The notes below the pieces were generated by a model. The model made no database searches. It had not been told where the DNA came from and worked only from the letters and a program-made list of their open reading frames with translations. A program made the translations under genes and the position numbers. From Octopus bimaculoides (lineage: Eukaryota), in NCBI RefSeq assembly GCF_001194135.2, contig NC_068999.1, positions 33,559,161 through 33,595,133 on the forward strand: a stretch of 35,973 bases of DNA, given 5' to 3'. Positions 1 through 10,079 of the stretch are shown in pieces; within the stretch, counting starts at the first letter, position 1; each line of letters opens with the position of its first letter.

Positions 1-123
1 GTGGGGGATGCGTGGGGATGTTGTGGGGATGTGGAGATAGGGTAGGAATGTGGGTGTGAGTTGGAGGTGTGGGAGTGGGGTGTGGTGGTGTGGGTGTGGG
101 TGTGGATGTGGGTGGAGAGGGTA
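1..123. repeat. G/T-rich low-complexity tract (GTGG/GGGAT-type units)
   Basis: gtgggggatgcgtggggatg...gtgggtgtgggtgtggatgtgggtgg. Confidence 0.8.
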
Positions 124-125
124 TC

Positions 126-1900
126 AATGAAGAGAGAAGGTGGGTAGGAGTGAAGGGATAGTAGTGTTGAAGAGGTGGGAGCAAGTGCGACAGCGTGGGC
201 GGGAGCAGGGGAACGAGCCAGGTTGGGAGATGGGGTTAGGGAAGAAACTGTGGATCAGGAGGTCACGCAGGTTGTGGACTCGTTTGAAAGAGGGAAGGGG
301 TAGGTTGGGGAAAATGTGCGAGGTGGAGGGGTCGGAATGGAGTCGCCGGAAGGCTCGGAGATGGTGCATTGGAGGGGAAGGGTAGAGGGATGGTAGGTGC
401 GGGTAAGCGGGAGAGGGCAACAGCGGGCGGGTGTGGGGAGAGAGAGAGAAGAGGCACGGTTCACGGAACGTGCTCCGGCAAGGGCTGTGTGGATAGTGGT
501 GAGGGGATATCCACGAAGTATGAAGTGGCGAGCCATGAGTTGTGACTGAATCTCAAAGTTATGGTTGTCACTGCAGAGCCTGCGCAGACGGAAGAATTGG
601 GAGTAGGGAATGGAGAGTTTAGTGTGTGTAGGCTGGGAGGAGTATAAGTTAAGGTTTGAGTGTGAGTCTGTGCATTTGTAGTGGATGGAGGTAGTGAGAG
701 CAGAGTGGTGTATGTCGACCGAAATGTCGAGAAATGCGACGGATGTGTTAGAAATAGTGAGTGCAGGAGAATCCAAGGACAGGATGGAAGGATTGTACAA
801 GAGAGAGGAAGAAGTCTAGTTGTCCGCTGGAGAGTGAAGTCGCACGGATACAGTCATGAATATAACGACCGTATAGTTCGGGAGTGGGACCAATGAATCG
901 TGAGAATATTTGGGCCTCAACGTAGCCAACGAACAGGCTCGTATAGTTGGGGCCCATGGCCACTCCTGAGACCTGTTGGTAAAAATCTCCCGCGAACGAG
1001 AAGCAGTTGAGTGAGAGAACAAGTTCGGCCAGACGAAAAGGTGTGGGGGTGTCAGGTTGGGGATTGGGTCGAAGGTTTAGGAAGTGTTTGGGTGAAAGGA
1101 GTCCTTCATTGTGTGGGATCACCGTATGTAGACTCTTGGTATCAAGAGTGAAGAAAGTTTAGAGGGGCCAGGAGGGAAGGAGAAAGAGTTGAAGAGACCG
1201 AAAGAGTTGAAGAGTTGAAGAGACTGGTTAGTGTCATGGATGTTGTAGGGGAGGGAAGCCAATAGGGGGGCAAGGACACGGTCGCGGTATTTAGAGATAG
1301 TTCTGTGAGGCAGTTACAGACGGAGACGATGGAGCGGCAAGGGTTGTTGGGCTTGTGGATTTTGGGAAGTAAATAGTGGGGGTGTATGGAGTGCGGACAA
1401 TGAGGTTGGAGGCGGTAGGAGGAGATAATGTCATGGATAGTGGAGGACACAGTCTGTTGGTAGTTAGGCGTCTGGTTGGAGGACGGAGAGCAATAGAAGG
1501 AGGTGTTTTGAAGTTGGTGGGACGCCTGCGAATGTTAAACCGGTCCACAACACGATGGCAGATGCTTGCAAAATGATCGACTGCTTGAAACCGGCCAGGA
1601 GCTGGCGTCCAGTGGGATGGTCGGTGGCCCAGGTCGGTGAAGCAGTCCTCTTCATTAGATGAAGGAACCCGTGGAAAAGATGATTTAGATGGATTATGAA
1701 GCGTAGTGTGGAAAGTATAAAGGAAGGTGAAAAAGAGGGGAAAAGGTGGAATAAGCGAGAGGGAGAAGGTGTATTTTGGAGAGATTAGAACGAATGGTGG
1801 CACACATCAGGCGGTAGGAAATAGTATGGAGTATGGGTAGGATGGTAGAAGTAGAGTGGAAAGTGGAGTGGAAATGGAGGCGGAAACCTTTGGCAATGAT
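126..1900 (-). mobile_element. Decayed Penelope-like retroelement (PLE): N-terminal region, RT, thumb and Cys-linker; ends before the GIY-YIG endonuclease
   Basis: Frameshifted minus-strand ORF pieces give PLE motifs in the expected order: YLLPKIHKPNNPCRSIVS (RT 1-2), FAGDFYQQVSGVAMGPNY and YGRYIHDCI (RT; catalytic YxDD decayed to YIHD), FLDISV, SIHYKCTDSHSNL...SIPYSQFFRLRRLCSD...RGYP (thumb), then CSRPRCRTC. More GC-rich than the flanks. Confidence 0.9.
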
Positions 1901-2059
1901 ATATANNNNNNNNNNNNNNNNNNNNNNNNNNNNNNNNNNNNNNATATATATTATATGCCTACATATGCAAACAAATATCAATGTAAAAATATACACATGC
2001 TATAGAAATTAATTTATACATACATGCAGGCATGCATGCATGCGTATATATATTTAGAG

Positions 2060-2161
2060 GGAGAGAGAATAAGAGACAGAGAAAAAGAGAGAAGGAGAGT
2101 GAGAGAAAAACAGAGAGAGACTGACAGACAGACAGTGAAAGAGATAGATAGATAGATAGAT

Positions 2162-2198
<37 letters not shown>

Positions 2199-2280
2199 AG
2201 AGAGAGGGAGAGAGAGGTAGAGAGAGAAAGAGAAAGAGACAGAGTCAGAGTCAGAGAGACAGAGAGATAGAGTGTGAGGA
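2060..2280. repeat. Compound (AG)n/(AGAT)n/(AGAC)n microsatellite
   Basis: Direct inspection. Confidence 0.9.
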
Positions 2281-2435
2281 AAGTGGTAAGAAAAAGTAAT
2301 CAATATCCACAAAAGGAAATGTTTTTGCATGTTACGTCACTCACCTAACAAAGAATATAACATTCTCTTGAAGTATTGAGTACTTATTTTGTATCTGCAA
2401 GCTTTGTTTAGAAATATCTATCTATCTATCTATCA

Positions 2436-2447
2436 TACACACACGCA

Positions 2448-2541
<94 letters not shown>
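2436..2541. repeat. (CA)n microsatellite
   Basis: Near-perfect CA run of about 100 bp. Confidence 0.97.
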
Positions 2542-2543
<2 letters not shown>

Positions 2544-3559
2544 CACATATGTATGTACATATGCATGTGTGTATTATAAACATCTTTAGACATTGTGTTT
2601 ATGTTAATTTACCACAATAAAATGTAAAGCAATTCTGAAAGATTTCTAACAATGATCCATTGAAGAAAGATTGGAAATAATTTCATTTAATAGCGAGAAA
2701 ATGTTGTTATTGTTGTTGATGTTGCAGATATTGTTGTTGATGCTGTTCTTATTGTTGTTGTTGTTGAGGTTGCTATTGGTGTTGATGTCTCGGTTCTGAT
2801 AAAATTGCCTCGATAAAAACAAGAAAAATATCCGAAGCGAAACTAACAATTACTCTATAATTGAGAAAATCCCTGAAAGTAAAAAGATTTAAATAAATAT
2901 ATAAACACACACATATAAAGAAAACCGAACAGAAAATAACAACAACAAAAAAAATCAAGCGAAATCTACTTTCCTGGAATATTCGCCTGACAAGTGTCAT
3001 TCGTGCGAAAAAGCTATATTCTTCTAGACTAATGGAAGATTTAATCGTCTGGGATTGTCATATTGGTAACGATCCGATGGCTACTCAATTATTTCTTTTC
3101 TCATCTGCTTCTTTTAAATGCTTTTTCACTGATTTCTTCATCGAGACTAACCCACACTCTTCGCCAACCTTATCAATGCCGTCAACTCCACATTCTCCGT
3201 TGCTTTGAAATCCTAATTGTATTAATATGTTTTTCAATACAGACACACTTCACCAGCAGACTTTCATTGTGATATGCTTTCATTTTACATTCTCTTCGAG
3301 TCGAATGTATATCTTAACATGATTCGCGGTCCGAGTATAAAACGAATATTAGAATGAGAAAAGAAAATTAGTTAATTAAGAAGCAATGTTCATTTGCTTT
3401 CCCTTTTCTCTATTTACAACAGCTTGTTCAAGGTGAGATAGGATCAAATCTACTCAAAACCTTATTAGCCTCCTTCTATGAAAAGAAGCGACTTTTCTCT
3501 TTTCTCTTACGCCATCTGCAAGAAGCAGTGTGTAAAGGAGAGAGAATAAGATTAGTAAC

Positions 3560-3800
3560 AGGCACCTGGTCACTGTGGAATAGGGCGGAAATGTCAACTT
3601 CCTTTTTGTAAAGTCGACATTCATATTTTTGACAAGAAAATTACACACTAGCGCTCAACAGTAACATAAATATAATGAAGGTGGGCAAACCATGTCAGGA
3701 GCGATGCGTCAATCACACGTACGCCATAATTGTTTTCTGCGGCACAACTTCCGGCTAAAAGCTTAATTTGAACCAATTTTGAGTAGTTAAAATTTCCCGT
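3560..3800. promoter_or_regulatory. Possible promoter-like, CpG-containing unique segment
   Basis: Non-repetitive CpG-rich stretch with GGGCGGAAAT, TGCGTCAATC, CGCCATAAT (YY1-like) and ACTTCCGG (ETS-like, 3747-3754). Motif match only. Confidence 0.2.
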
Positions 3801-4269
3801 TGACAGAACAATTACGACACACTTATTGAAATAACTCAATAAACAGACACCGTTTAATTGAATGGTAAAATAAAATAGAAACAATACTATAATATTTCGG
3901 CTTACAGATGAGAAGCTCGCAGACACCGAGCGAGCGAGAGAGCGAGAGAGAGAAAGAGAGAATTCTATCGTTCTGTCACGGCTTTCTTCCCTTGCCATAA
4001 AACCACAGACGCACTTACACGATTTTGTAGAAAAGAAGTAAAACAAAAGAAACAATATGCATATATTAATGGCTGAAGTCTTTCGGTGGACAACAACATT
4101 AAATTGCTAAAAAGCTGAAGAAAGTTTTAGGGAGAATAGTAATAGTTACCGCTTTGTAATGATCTTTAAAACTGTATAGTTCAATATTAATAGGTGTTGA
4201 CGGAAAACACAGCTATAAAACACCGAATAATACTTTTAGTTCTAATTCTCGCCTTATTACATTGCGAAT

Positions 4270-4389
4270 GTTATACGTGTGTATGTGTGAAAGCGCGTTC
4301 GTGCTTGTGTGTTTGTGTCTTAGCGTGTTCATGTCTATGTGTCTGTATATGTATGTGTGTATGTGCGCGCGCGTGTGTGGTGTGTTTGT

Positions 4390-4436
<47 letters not shown>
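4270..4436. repeat. (GT)n compound microsatellite
   Basis: Direct inspection. Confidence 0.9.
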
Positions 4437-4438
<2 letters not shown>

Positions 4439-5371
4439 ACGTCCACCCCACACGCAAACGTTATTATTACGAAGTGCTATCGCTAAATGAATGCTCGCTT
4501 CCTGTTAAAGCGAGTAAAGTCCTTTGACAGATTTCACTCTAATATTCCCATGTTTGGAGAGCTTTTCTATTTTCCTTCCTGTTATTTCCGACATGGAGAT
4601 TTTTCTCATTTAGTTATTTTTATAGCTGTATTTTCCTATATGTTTCGAAGTTAAAGATTTGCAATATTTCACCCGGAATGGAATTGGGAAATATCCAATA
4701 CAGAATCGACAGGACGAAATTGACGACGAAAATAATTCTTATGCTGTTTCTTAGCCAATAAAATTCCCGTTTCCTTTCTAGTATTATGTATTTATTTCTC
4801 TTTTACAACATTAAAATAGAAATTGCTAGTGGTGGTGCTAGTGTCGGCGTTGATGGTAGAAGAGAAAGAAACTTCCCGTTTATTTTTACATTTCGAATTA
4901 TAATTAATCATGGACGAACAACTAAACGGTGGATAAGGAAATGGATTTGTTAACTGGGTTCTAACCTTCTCTATACATTAGCATCATCAGAAAAACTCGT
5001 GCTAACAAGGATATGCCAGTAATTGAGCTTTAAGATGTAGAGTGCTATATTTCACTGAAAGTTACTGATCTTTGACGCTATAGACTATTACAGTCATTTT
5101 TCCATCCACGTAATAACGATTTAGCATGCAATACAACCAAAGAAAGTGCGTTAGCAACAATTAATAGAGAATGTTAGTTAGCAGCGTTTATAGAAACGAA
5201 TTAACTGTTCTTATTTCAGATGTTTAGCAATGACTGTAGTTGTAGACGAGTAAGTGTTCTAATTACGAATTACTGTAGAGGAAGGAGAAATAGCAGAAAG
5301 GAAAAGAGGAGGAACAGAAGTATTTTGGAGTGAATCAATCTTGGTATATTACTGGTATTTGGATACAGATA

Positions 5372-5700
5372 TGACTGGGTGGTGAAGAAGTTTGCTTCGC
5401 AGTCATGAAGTCCTGGGTTCGAGGTTCGATCCCACTGTGTGGCATCTTGGGCAAGTGTCTTTTCTATAGCCTCAGATTAAAATCTTGTCAGTGAATTTGA
5501 AATGAAGGAAACTGAATAAAAGTCTGTTAGGTGAACTGTTCTGGTAATTCGGAAGTTCAGCCTTGTCACAGATGCTGTGTCACAGATTCTACCTGAGAAT
5601 TTCTTTAAGGCTACACATGTCTGTGGAATATTCAGCGACTTCCAAGGCTAATTCAATAAGTAGGTTGTCCAATTTATCAAACGACTGGATGCTCATATAT
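5372..5700 (+). mobile_element. SINE family 2 head (tRNA-like plus CORE-like block) followed by a putative alternative 3' half
   Basis: Head homologous to 9113, 29771 and 33993 (GTGGT.AGAAG.TTGCTTC...GGTTCGATCCCACTGTGTGGCA.CTTGGGCAAGTGTCTT); B-box carries a duplicated GGTTCGA. Downstream sequence differs from the 33993 copy, so the right boundary is approximate. Confidence 0.65.
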
Positions 5701-5855
5701 TGAAATCGATAGGTGAGTTCATCATCGCCGGTATTATAGTTGAACAGCTCTGATTGAATGATTCGTAAGATAACAGTCTGGATGATTTGAAAGTTGGACG
5801 GTTTAGTTCAACTTCTAAATCTTCCTTGTTTACAGCGATAGAAGACATCTATCCA

Positions 5856-5935
5856 AGCGCCATAGATGATTTAGTTCTCTTTTTACTTTCAAATCCATTT
5901 GAGAGTAGAGGAAGAACTAAATCATTTATAGTGTT
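5856..5935 (+). other. 80-nt near-perfect inverted repeat / RNA hairpin
   Basis: Arms 5866-5894 and 5897-5925 match at 24/29 positions as reverse complements; stem extends to 5856/5935 with G-U pairs. Confidence 0.85.
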
Positions 5936-6389
5936 AAAGGCGAAGTTTCCCAGGGTCTCTACTAGACAGTCGCCTTATCTACAGTAAGGGGTTTAGCGAG
6001 ATATTTTACCATCTCTACCAAAATAATAATCTTAGATATTGTATGGTGATTAGCTAGAGGTTCTGTTATGTAACCATGTTCAACCATGTAGCCATTTAAG
6101 CTTTTGCAATAATGTTTTTAATGATTGTATGGTTTAGTTCGTAAGGTAACAACAATACAAAATAAAAATACAATCTCAGCAAGGAGAGGGACCCAGTAAG
6201 GGTCACCTATGGCTAATAGATAAACTTGTGCAGATCCTACAACCATGAATAACAATGAGTGCCCTTTCCCAACCTGGTTCTCCAGCGTACAGGTACATAC
6301 TGAGAGATGATCGTTCATCCGGGGCATTCTCACCTTTCTCATCCACCTTTTTGAGCAAATTCACTAAATGACAGTTTTACCGTCTACAT

Positions 6390-6688
6390 CAGACATTCTC
6401 AATGTGGGGCATACGCCCCACCGGTGGGGCTTGGGAAAATTGTGGTGGGGCAGGGTAACATAGTTCCCAGGCACAAAGGTTCTCATTAAAGTGATTCACT
6501 TATTTTTTCTTAGTCAATAATGTACATTTGTACTCAGTATTTAATGAAAGAGTTATCGATAGTTTTTTTGGTATTATTTGTGATAAAATATTAAAAATAA
6601 AGTTGTTTTTTTTCCAACTACCGGTGGAGCATACATTTTTCTTGGAAGTTATAATGAAACCTAGAGGAGAATAGGTTGGGAAATACTG
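6390..6688. mobile_element. hAT (Charlie-like) MITE, 299 bp
   Basis: Degenerate TIRs CAGACATTCTCAATGT and rc CAGTATTTCCCAACCT (10/16 identical); 8-bp flanks GTCTACAT / ATCTACAC (6/8), resembling the NTCTAGAN target preference of Charlie elements. Confidence 0.65.
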
Positions 6689-7242
6689 ATCTACACCTTC
6701 AAATTTGTCTTCAAGTTGTAATCTCTTTCGTTATTACACACCAGAAAAAAGCAACCTGGCTAAACATCCTGTCCAAAGAGATACAAAATACGAACGCATT
6801 TGTTAGTCGGATTTATTCTCCACGTCAAAAACAGTTGTTTGACATAAATGCATAAAGTCAGCAATGTTTTTACCCGAAACGCGTGTGGAGAGGCCAGGAT
6901 GACTACATTTACGTGTCTGAAGTGTTTATTTCAAACCGGCAATTTCCCTTTGTAGCATTGTGAGGAGAGTGATTTCTGAGGGTTATCCATATCCCCCAGA
7001 CTAGCGGTTCTCCAGATCAGTAGTTATTATCAACATGTAGAGTTTCGCCATGAGTGAATCGCTCTTCTTCATCAGTAGTCCTCTAGAATGTGGAATTTCC
7101 ACTGGCCGCATAGCTGGACTGGGGCGTCTGGCAATATTCTAGATGCGAGATGCCCTAATTTGGTCGTCACTTGAATTCAGACTGCAAGTCCCTCGATGGA
7201 ACGAGCTGTGGAAACGCACGCCTAACTGCATCAAGAAGCATT

Positions 7243-7375
7243 GCATCATCATTATCATCATCATCATCATCGTAATCATCATCACCATCATCAACATCAT
7301 CATCATCATCATCGTCGTCGTCGTCATCATCATCATCACTATTACTATTACTATTTATTATTATTATTATTATTA

Positions 7376-7424
<49 letters not shown>

Positions 7425-7438
7425 CATCACCATCATCA

Positions 7439-7475
<37 letters not shown>

Positions 7476-7500
7476 TATTATTATTATTATTATTATTATT
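7243..7500. repeat. Compound (CAT)n/(TAT)n microsatellite
   Basis: Direct inspection; source of the poly-I/Y/H/L/M ORFs. Confidence 0.95.
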
Positions 7501-7830
7501 GGCTGTTTCTTACTTTCACTCTCGTTTTACATGAAAAACTAAAACAAAATCTCTCAAATTATAAGGAAGAAAAAGACATCCAACAAAACAACGAGCAAAA
7601 ACAAAATCGTACTACAAACATCAGCCACAAGTTCAGTTAAAAACGATGAAGTTGAATGAATAGCTGCGAGGCAATTTCAAGCTGAAACTAAGTTTCTCAT
7701 TCAAACATCTTCGACTTCTTGTTTTGTTAACAAATAGAAATTAAAAACCTAATTTTGATAATGAATACAAAATATGAAATCATGTCTCTCAATGTGCATA
7801 TGTGTGTGTTTAAGTATTTATGTGTGTGTC

Positions 7831-7862
<32 letters not shown>

Positions 7863-8131
7863 TATATGCATGTGTTTGAGGTCGGAAACGGAGTGAATAT
7901 GTAATTGATAAGAAAATCTAAATGCAATTAAGAAAATATACATCAGTGAATGGAAACAAAATTAGTCGTCCTTCAGACATCATATTTATCCCACGGTGTG
8001 AGATATGATGAAGTAAATGGTGGGGATATTTTAATTGGATTTTTATTGTTCTGAGCTCCTTTCCCTATGGGGTCAAAGTTCATTAAATATATAACTAGAA
8101 AGTAAGTAAATATAAATACCAGTAAGATACT

Positions 8132-8334
8132 GGTTCAAATTTTGGCACAAAATTCAAGGGAGGGGGTAAGTGAATTACATCGAATCCTGTTCTCAATAAT
8201 TACTTACTTTGTCGACCCTGAAACGATAAAAGGCAAAGTCAACCTCGGCAGAATTTGAACTCGGAACGTAAAGACACGAAGTGCCATTAAGCATTTTGCC
8301 CGGTACATTAACAATTTGGCCAGCTCGCCACCTT
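8132..8334 (-). mobile_element. SINE family 1 (tRNA-like head), tail type a
   Basis: rc: AAGGTGGCGAGCTGGCC...GAGTTCAAATTCTGCCGAGGTTGACTTTGCC...GTGCCAAAATTTGAACC; homologous to ten other copies or fragments in the window. Confidence 0.85.
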
Positions 8335-8464
8335 ATTGATACCAGTAATATACTGAGATTCGTTCTATTGCATTTTTACTCTTTTAGTTTGAAAACTTGT
8401 CTTTTATAATGTATTCGCTACATTAAACTTGTGTTTAGAGAAAATAATTCTTTTGTAACTGCCC

Positions 8465-8465
<1 letters not shown>

Positions 8466-8501
<36 letters not shown>

Positions 8502-8506
8502 CCTAC

Positions 8507-8580
<74 letters not shown>
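8466..8580. repeat. (CTAT)n microsatellite
   Basis: Direct inspection. Confidence 0.95.
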
Positions 8581-9112
8581 CTCTGTTTGTCTGTGTATAC
8601 AACACTGTGGTGTGTATGTGTGTGCATAGATATGTACGTGTGCAAGTATGTGTATATGTGTGTGCGAGGGTTTATTTTTGTATGTTGATTATATTTATCC
8701 CACGGTGTGAGATATGCCTACCTGTATGACTTTATTTCTATCAATCTATCTCTCTTACACTCCCTCACCCTCTGTGTATGAGTATGCCGCGATGTATACA
8801 CATATTATATAAATGTGTGTGTGAGGGTGAGTGTGTGTGAGTATGTGAGTTTATGCATACATATGTACGTACATATAACGTGTGCACTTACCTGTATAGG
8901 CCTACAATCATCCCAAATATTTACACTCTTTTATTTATAGCTTTATCTGCTTCGAGATTCACCGCCCCCTCCAAATCGGAATTTGAGCTAAGGACGTCAA
9001 GAGTCGGAACAAATAGAACAAATCATTTTGATCAAGGCTCAAACGGACGCAAATCATATTGGATAAGGTTGCAACCATTAATGCCAAACCATACATCACA
9101 ACTCTACATAAT

Positions 9113-9333
9113 AGGCGCAGGCGTGGCTGTTTAGAAAAAAGTTTGCTTCCCAACCACATTTGCACCTTGGGTAAGTGTCTTCTACTATAGCCTCGGGCCA
9201 ACCAAAGCCTTGTGAGCGGCGTTTTAGACGGACACTGAAAGAAGCCCGTCATATATATATATATATATGACGGTGGTGCACCAGCATGACCGCAGCCACT
9301 TGGCTAAAACACATAAATAAATAAATAAATAAA
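9113..9333 (+). mobile_element. SINE family 2 head (B-box deleted) + (TA)n + short 3' tail ending in (TAAA)n
   Basis: AGGCGCAGGCGTGGCTG...GCACCTTGGGTAAGTGTCTTCTACTATAGCCTCGGGCC...GAAAGAAGCCCGTC; tail GGTGCACCAGCATGACCGCAG. Confidence 0.8.
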
Positions 9334-9814
9334 ATATATATATNNNNNNNNNNNNNNNNNNNNNNNNNNNNNNNNNNNNNNNNNNNNNNNNNNNNNNNNN
9401 NNNNNNNNNNNNNNNNNNNNNNNNNNNNNNNNNNNNNNNNNNNNNNNNNNNNNNNNNNNNNNNNNNNNNNNNNNNNNNNNNNNNNNNNNNNNNNNNNNNN
9501 NNNNNNNNNNNNNNNNNNNNNNNNNNNNNNNNNNNNNNNNNNNNNNNNNNNNNNNNNNNNNNNNNNNNNNNNNNNNNNNNNNNNNNNNNNNNNNNNNNNN
9601 NNNNNNNNNNNNNNNNNNNNNNNNNNNNNNNNNNNNNNNNNNNNNNNNNNNNNNNNNNNNNNNNNNNNNNNNNNNNNNNNNNNNNNNNNNNNNNNNNNNN
9701 NNNNNNNNNNNNNNNNNNNNNNNNNNNNNNNNNNNNNNNNNNNNNNNNNNNNNNNNNNNNNNNNNNNNNNNNNNNNNNNNNNNNNNNNNNNNNNNNNNNN
9801 NNNNNNNNNNNNNN

Positions 9815-9850
<36 letters not shown>

Positions 9851-10079
9851 TACGTGTGTGTGTTTGTGTCCGTGTTTTCCCCATCCCCCCATCGCTTGAC
9901 AAGCAGTAAAGTGATACTGGTGTGTTTACCTCCCCGTAACTGAGCGGTTCTGCAAAAGAGACCGATAGAAAATGTACCAGTACTTTAGAAAATAAGTACT
10001 GGGGTCGATTCGGACTAAAAGTTCTTCAAGGCGGTGCCCCAGTGTGGCCGCAATCTAATGACCGAAAGAAGCAAAAGGT
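9851..10079 (+). mobile_element. SINE family 2 3' half
   Basis: CATCGCTTGACAA...GTGTTTACCTCCCCGTAACT...CTGGGGTCGATT...AAGGCGGTGCCCCAG; homologous to about 34190-34400. Confidence 0.8.

Larger units (their letters stand above)
7982..8716 (+). repeat. Exact 26-bp direct repeat ATATTTATCCCACGGTGTGAGATATG at 7982-8007 and 8691-8716
   Basis: Identical 26-mers 709 bp apart. Confidence 0.9.

Noticed and set aside
7030-7085. Minus-strand CTGATGA...GCGAAAC hammerhead-like spacing
   Set aside because: Stem II does not close at the core, and no NUH plus stem I pairing was found
7139-7640. Poly-I/Y/H/L/D ORFs here and similar homopolymer or dipeptide ORFs throughout the track
   Set aside because: Microsatellite translations; TAT/CAT/CA/TA repeats lack stops in most frames
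9224-9902. Long ORFs spanning N-runs (also 13131-14111, 23711-24566, 29816-30269, 34234-34803)
   Set aside because: Their length comes from assembly gaps read as X
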